NCBI RefSeq assembly: GCF_009914755.1
Contig: NC_060937.1
Origin: the human T2T-CHM13v2.0 reference genome, Homo sapiens
Reading direction: 5' to 3' (one strand)
DNA: 64,000 nucleotides
The notes beneath the pieces are model-generated. The model had not been told where the DNA came from. It ran no database searches and saw only the letters and a list, made by a program, of their open reading frames with translations. This document shows, piece after piece, positions 14,070-64,000 of the stretch. The position numbers and the translations under genes were made by a program. Position 1 is the stretch's first letter, and each line of letters opens with the position of its first letter.

Positions 14070-14222
14070 GGCTGGCCATGGTGGCTCACACTTGTAAATC
14101 TCCGTGCTTTGAGAATATGAGGCGGGAGGATCACTTGAGCCCAGGAGTTTCAGGCTCCAGTGAGCTATGATTGTACCACTGCATTCCAGCCTGGGCAATA
14201 GAGCAACACCCTTAAAGAAAAA
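14070..14222 (+). mobile_element. Alu monomer (FLAM/FAM-like)
   Basis: ggctggccatggtggctcacac...gcccaggagttt...ccagcctgggcaatagagc followed by an A-rich tail. Confidence 0.75.
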
Positions 14223-14289
14223 GTTTATTTATTTATTTATTTTTAAATAAATGTCCTAGTTGTCTTTCTGTTGTTGTTTTTTGTTTCCT

Positions 14290-16160
14290 TGTTTGCTTCT
14301 ATATTGGTTGTTTTGAATCCAATTTGACAAACTGTTTCAATGGGAGTGCTTAGAGCATTTACACTTACTGTAATTATTGATATGGTGGGGTTTAAAGCTA
14401 CCATCTTGATAGTTTTCCTCTTCTATTCTTTATGTCTGCTTTCCTTGAGATTAATCAAGTATTATGATTTTATCTTTACTATTGGTTTATCTACATCCAA
14501 TAAAATTATACTAATGTGTAAAAGCTTTACAGCACTATACTTCCATGCCCATTTCCTCCAGTCTTTTAAGTTTTGTTGTCTTATGTTTTGTTTTTATATG
14601 TTATAAGCTCCATAATATGTTCTTGATATTTTTACTCTAGTGTATCTCGAATTAATAATGACAAATTTCTTTTACACACATAATAACCATTTCTGTCACT
14701 TTTCATTTGTTGGATGTCTATCCATATTTTCATCTGGTATCATTTTTCTTCTGGAAGAACTCTTTTTAATATTTCTTGATGTATAGTTCTCTTTATAGTG
14801 AATTTTATAGTGAATTTTTTGGTCTGAAAAAGTCTTTATTTTTCCCTCATTTTTAAAAGATAATTTTGCTTGGAATATAATTTTAGGTTTACAGTGATTT
14901 TCATTTAATGTTTAAAAGATGTCACTCCATTATCTTCCGGATTGCAGATTCTGATGAAAAGTGTTCTATCAATCCTTGTTCCTCTGTTTTTGCACTGCTT
15001 TTAAGATTTTTCTGTTTTTCACTAATTTTTATCCAAATGAATAATAATATGCCTTGAAATGGTTTATCTTTTTTCTGCTTGAGGTTTATTGAGATTCTTG
15101 GATCTCTAAGGTTATTTTAATCAGATTTGGAAAAAAATTGGCCATTATTATTTTGAATACTTTTTTTTTTTATCTATTCTCTCCATCTGCCTTGTTGTTT
15201 TCTGGGGCTCCAATTACAAGTATTTTTGACTACTTGATACTGTCTTATAGATCACAGCTGCTGTCTTACTATTTTTTTCTTGCCCTTTTTTCTCTCTCAT
15301 TTTATTTTGATAGTTTCTATTGCTGTGTCTTCAAGTTCACTGATACTTTTCTCTTGCAGTGTATAATCTGCTTTTAATTCCATCAGTTTATTTTCCATTT
15401 CTATTGTATTTCTTATATTTAGTAATTCTATTTGTGTTCTTTTTTTATATTTTTATATCTTTTTTTATATTTTATATTTTTCATTTCTAGCACTGCATTC
15501 CTGATTTATTCTAACTTCTTGAGTCTATGTAGCATAGTGTTTTTTGTAACAGCTCTTTTAATGTCTACCCTAATTCTATCACTTATGTCATTTTTGGGTC
15601 TGTTTCTATTGAGTAATTTTTCTCCAGGTTGTATATTATAAGGGCTTTCTACTATGTCTAGTAGGAATGAGTAATTAACCGCCCTGTTTGTGTTGAGGGA
15701 ATTTTTTGTCCTACTGCTTTCCATGGTCCTTTTCCTGGTCTCAGGTAGTTTTTCCTCCTAACACGATTGAGGATCATTATCCAGCCAAAGACTCAGGGAT
15801 AGCCTCTGCAGATTAGCAGAGCTCATGCTGCCTTTCCCTTTGTAACTCCTTCCTTTCTGGTATTGTGCTCTAGAAATCAGAGCTTCCTTGGCCTCCCTGA
15901 ACTCTCATCTTTATCTCCCTCAACCCAGGCTCTATTTGGGTCATTTGTACTACAGCCTAGAAACTATTTAATACTTCCATGCAATAAGCTGGGCAGTAAA
16001 GCTCTTCTAGTTTGTTTCTCATTTATCAGGGATCACATTTCTCTGCTACCTGTTCCCTAGTGTCTGAAACCTTTAGCATATTTATCTCTTCTGGGCATTT
16101 AAGGCAGGAGAGTAAATAGTCTTAGTTACACCATTGTAATCTGAAGCAGAAGTCCTCTTG
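14290..16160 (-). mobile_element. Ancient L1M 5'/ORF1 remnant
   Basis: T-rich degenerate L1M-like motifs (ctgaaaaagtctttattttt, gatgtcactccattatcttc, tcttcaagttcactgat). Confidence 0.5.
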
Positions 16161-16231
16161 TTATAGTTTTTTAAAAAAATGTGTGAAGGTAAACAGTTTT
16201 TCATGCATTTTAGGGTAATTTATATGTCTTC

Positions 16232-18373
16232 TTTTTTAAAAAAATTAAACGTTGAGTTCTGAGATACATGTGCAGAACGTGGAGGTTTGTTACATAGGTA
16301 TACATGTGCCATGATGGTTTACTGCACCCATCAACCTGTCATCTAGGTTTTAAGCCCTACATGCATTAGGTATTTGTCCTAATGCTCTCCCTCCCCTTGC
16401 CCCCCACCCCACAACAGGCCCTGGTGTGTGATGTTCCCCTCCCTGTGTCCATGTGTTCTCATTGTTCAACTTCCACTTATGAGTGAGAACATGTGTTGTT
16501 TGGTTTTCTATTCCTGTGTTAGTTTGCTGAGAATGATGGTTTCCAGCTTCATCCATGTCCCTGCAAAGGACATGAACTCATTCTTTTTTATGGTTGCATA
16601 GTATTCCATGGTGTATATGTGCCACATTTTCTTTATCCAGTCTATCAGTGATGGGCATTTGGATTGGTTCCAAGTCTTTGCTATTGTGAATAGTGCTGCA
16701 GTAAACATATGTGTGCATATGTCTTTATAGTAGAATGATTTATAATCCTTTGGGTATATACCTAGTAATGGGATTGCTGGGTCAAGTGGTATTTCTAGTT
16801 CCAGATCCTTGAGGAATCGCGACACTGTCTTCCACAATGGTTGAATTAATTTATGCTCCCACCAACAGTGTAAAAACGTTCCTATTTCTCCACATCCTCT
16901 CCAGCATCTGTTGTTTCCTGACTTTTTAATGATCGCAATTCTAACTGATGTGAGATGGTATCTCATTGTGGTTTTGATTTGCGTTTCTCTAATGACCAGT
17001 GATGATGGGCTTTTTTTCATATGTTTGTTGGCCATATAAATGTCTTCTTTTGAGAAGTGTCTGTTCATCTTCACCCAGTTTTTGATGGAGTTGTTTTTTT
17101 CTTGTAAATTCGTTTAAGTTTCTTGTAGATTCTGGATATTAGCCCTTTGTCAGATGAATAGAGTGCAGAAACTTTCTCCTGTTCTGTAGGCTACTTACTG
17201 TTCACTCTGATGATAAGTTTCTTTTGCTCTGCAGAAGCTCTTTAGTTTAATTAGATCCCATTTGTCAATTTTGGCTTTTGTTGCCATTGCTTTTGGTGTT
17301 TTAGTCATGAAGTCTTTGCCCATGCCTATGTCCTGAATGGTTTTACCTAGGTTTTCTTCTAAGGTTTTTATGGTTTTAGGTTTTCCATTTAAGTCTTTAA
17401 TCCATCTTGAGTTAATTTTTGTATAAGGTGTAAGGAAGGGGTCAAGTTTCAGTTTTCTGCATATGGCTGGCCAGTTTTCCCAGCAACCTTTATTAAATAC
17501 GGAATCCTTTCCCCATTGCTTGTTTTTGTCAGGTTTGTCAAAGATCAGATGGTTGTAGATGTGTAATGTTATTTCTGTGGCCTCTGTTCTGTTCCATTGG
17601 TCTATTTATCTGTTTTGGTGCCAGTACCATGCTTTTTTGGTTACTGTAGCCTTGTAGTATAGTTTGAAGTCAGGTAGCATGATATCTCCAGCTTTGTTCT
17701 TTTTGCTTAGGATTGTCTTGGCTATATGGGCTCTTTTTTGGTTCCATATGAAATTTAAAGTAGTTTTTTCTAGTTTTGTGAAGAAAGTCAGTGGTGGCTT
17801 GATGGGAATAGCATTGAATCTATAAATTATTTTGGGCAGTATGGCCATTTTCACGACATTGGTTCTTCCTATCCATGAGCATGGAATGTTTTTCCATTTG
17901 TTTGTATCCTCTCTTTTTTCATTAAGCAGTGGTTTGTAGTTCTTCTTGAAGAGGTCCTTCCCATCCCTTGTAAGTTGTATTCCTAGGTATTTTATTTTCT
18001 TTGTAGCAATTGTGAATGGGAGCTCACTCATGATTTGGCTCTCTGTTTGTCTTTTATTGGTGTATAGGAATGCTTGTGATTTTTGCACATTGATTTTGTA
18101 TCCTGAGACTTTGTTGAAATTGTTTCTCAGCTTAAGGAGTCTTTTGGCTGAGACGACAGGGTTTTCTGAATATACAATCGTGTTATCTGCAAACAGTGAC
18201 TATTTGACTTCCTCTCTTCCTACTTGAATACTCTTTGTTTCTTTCTCTTGCCTGATTGCCCTGGCCAGAACTTCCAATACTATGTTGAATAGGAGTGGTG
18301 AGAGAGGGCATCCTTGTCTTGTGCTGGTTTTCAAAGGGAATGCTTCCAGCTTTTGCCCATTCAGTATAATATT
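16232..18373 (-). mobile_element. L1PA (L1PA7/8-like), 5'-truncated, ~2.1 kb
   Basis: L1 3'UTR plus broken ORF2 C-terminus (ORFs 16508..17074 and 17606..18088: ...[16 protein letters not shown]..., ...[11 protein letters not shown]...). Confidence 0.95.
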
Positions 18374-19401
18374 AAAGAATGTTTTACCTTTTTCTGTCTT
18401 GCCTGTTTTTCTGTGTTTTTGTTGGTCTCTTCATTCTCCATTTTTAGGCCTTTACATGTTAGGAATATATTTCTTTTAATGATACTTCACCTTTGGTATC
18501 TTTTGTGAGACTCTACTCTTAGTGTGATAAGCACTGGGTTGGTATCAGGCAATGAGGAAGATATGGAAGTTTCTTTTGCTTTGAGATGTTTGTATAATAG
18601 TTTAAGAGCTCCTTTATTCGGTATTCGTTTTAAATGTTTGAGTTATGAAATAATACGATGCATGAATGTTCTTCCAGGTGGCTATATGACTTACTCAGTA
18701 CCTCCCTCAGAACTCTGCTCACATGTTTCTTTATCAGGGAGATCTTCTGTTTAAAATTGTAATTCTCTTATACCTCCCTCCCTGTTTCCTATTTCTATCC
18801 TCCATCTTTAAAAATTTTTTTCTCTGTAGCAGTTCTCACAGTTTAACATAACATTTATTTTGTTAATTTATCTTGTCCCTAAAATGCTAGTAGCATCAAG
18901 TTAAATATTGGATCCTTTTAATAGTCCCTGGCATGTAATATTGCTTAATAAGCATTGTTTAATCAGATTTTCCTTTTTGTGGTTTGCTCTGGCACAAAAT
19001 GAAAGGTGAATTGGAAGAGGCAGAGACTTGAGAAAGAAGAGACAGTGTCAGTTTCATACATGTGTAAGGTGGCAGAAGTTTAGCTGGAATGATAGCAGTA
19101 AGAATAAAAAGAGAGAGGCCTGTTGGGAGCGGCGTTAACAGGAGAGTGTGAGTCACCAGCCTGTTAGTGTTTGCTATTGGTGAATAAAAAGTAAAAAACA
19201 CCACATTTGTATTTGGATTACATTTTTAATATAAATATTTATAAAGCAAAATCATAGGCCTTTGGAAGTGAGTTTGAGTAAATCTTGGTGACTTTTTCTG
19301 ACCTTGTAAATCATTACTTAAAAATACAAATATTAAAGTATCTAGCAGAAGTCTTGTTGATTTTTCTGGTTTATTGTTTTTCTTTGATTTTTTTTTAATA
19401 G

Positions 19402-62337
<42,936 letters not shown>

Positions 62338-64000
62338 ACAAATGTAATTAATAACTTTCTCTGTGAAAGCTTTGGAAAAATCTTTTTTTTTTTTTTTTTT
62401 TGGTCAAGCTTGAGGCTGAATAAAGCCTTTGATGCACAAAATGGGACTGCTGAAGAGTGGACAGTTGGACCTTACTTTGGTGACCCCATACGTTTGTGGT
62501 CACATGCTTTAGCCATACACATGGTAACATTGACTATGGAGTCTTGTGAAAGTGTAATGTGCGATGGCTATGTAGACATAAAGAAGAAACTTGTAAATAT
62601 CTTTTTTCTTTTTTTTAATGTTTCTGATTTCTGAAGTGCTTGTATAGCTTTTATCTGCGGCTTTAAACTGACAGTACCCGACTGTTTATTGGATCTATTG
62701 ATTTGAAAAGAATTTGTTAGGATAGATCTTAAGCAGTAATCTGTCAGTGTTTGTATTTGTATTCTCTGCAATTTTACTGTGAAAAAAAATTTGTTTTCAA
62801 CAATTGGTGTCATTTTCTTGATGTCACTATTTGTTGGAGAGTTAAATGGTCTCTTCCCTTTGTGTATCTTACCTAGTGTTTACTCCTGGGCACCCTTAAT
62901 CTTCAGAGGTGCTAAATTGTCTGCCATTACACCAGAAGGATGCCTCTGATAGGAGGACAACCATGCAAATTGTGAAATAGTCCTGAAGTTCTTGGATTAC
63001 TTTACACCTCAGTATTGATTTGTCCCAGAATTTTCTGGCCTTTCATGGCAATGAAAATTTTAAGAAGAAAGATTTAAAGTATTTTAATTTTAAAGAGTGT
63101 GTTATAAAATAATGTACTGAATTCTTTATCCCATTTTATCATCCTTTCAGTTTTTATTAATCTACTGTATCAATAAAATTCTGTAATTTGAATGAGTTTT
63201 TAATAGTCTAGAATGTTATTGTGTATAGATATTTCCTCTTGAACGTTATGTTCAGAAAATGCAAATTACACTATAATATAAAACCTGATATATACACATT
63301 AGAAATATTCCAGTTCTCCGTAACAGTGTAAAGTTAATCAGAAAGAAAAAATTTTATTGATGCAGTGTGTCTTTATAAAGCTGTTCTTGAAAGCCAAGTG
63401 TTTTGTATTTTATAGTGAGTTGCATGTTTTTGAAAAAAAGTGCTGAAAATGGGATGTGCTGTTTTCTGTAAATTCATATTTAGCCATAGTATATGATAGA
63501 TTGCCCCATAACATAGTTTTTCATCAAGAGTTTATTATTGTACTTTATTTTGGAGCCAAAAAATTGATTCTGGGGGGTGGGGGCAGCGTAGAAGTGGTAT
63601 ATCCAAGTATATCAGCTACTGTAGTTGTCACAGTCTTGTGAACTTTGAATGAAATTCCACTTTGTCCAGATTGGGAGAAGTGGAAATTTATTTGGATTTA
63701 GAGCAGGTCTTTTTTTTTCTTCATTGTAATCTGCAAAATGTAGAAATAAATTACTTAAGGCAGTATCCTTTATACAGTTGTATAAACTGTATTTTGAACC
63801 AAAACATATAGGTTACTACTTAATGCTTACCTAATTTCATTTTAGTATTTTAGGTGCTGTTATGTTTTTTCATGGTTAACACCAGAGGGGAAAAAATCAT
63901 ATTCTAACTTATTAAATTTATCACATTGAATAGTGGAACATTTTCATATGATACACCATTATGTTTAAGATATATTTCCAAGATTGGTTATAATAGATGG
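62338..64000 (+). other. PDS5B: PDS5B 3'UTR (probably continues past the window end)
   Basis: AU-rich sequence after the TGA with no recognisable transposon, a poly-U tract at 62383-62401 and several AATAAA hexamers. Confidence 0.85.
63172..63177 (+). terminator. Candidate proximal polyadenylation signal AATAAA
   Basis: AATAAA preceded by TGTA and followed by U/GU-rich sequence; other AATAAA at 62419 and 63745. Confidence 0.5.

Noticed and set aside
16508-18088. 188-aa and 160-aa ORFs on the minus strand
   Set aside because: Broken L1 ORF2 C-terminal fragments of a 5'-truncated L1PA, not functional genes

Overview
Hominoid (human or great-ape) genomic DNA lying entirely inside the 3' half of PDS5B (cohesin regulator, APRIN/AS3), on the + strand. 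Sixteen GT-AG coding exons (recalled numbering 20-35; 19402-62337) splice into one open frame of 2221 nt, that is 1 nt plus 739 codons and a TGA stop. They encode the C-terminal HEAT-repeat part and the AT-hook tail ending ...VRRRSAKRERR*, followed by the start of the 3'UTR. The first 19.4 kb are one large intron packed with transposons: a MER11 solo LTR with an internal 152-bp duplication, two near-full-length SVAs in inverted tail-to-tail orientation (one splitting a Tigger3 element), a 2.1-kb L1PA, many Alus and fossil L1M. I see no clearly new biological system. The best leads are the inverted SVA pair, a sense-strand SVA as a possible exon trap, a set of C-terminal isoform switches (intronic stop and polyA, NAGNAG, tandem donor, a possible stop-free circRNA of exons 32-34) and several templated-insertion or palindrome scars. 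Repeat subfamily calls and exon numbers come from memory of consensus sequences and need RepeatMasker or alignment confirmation.
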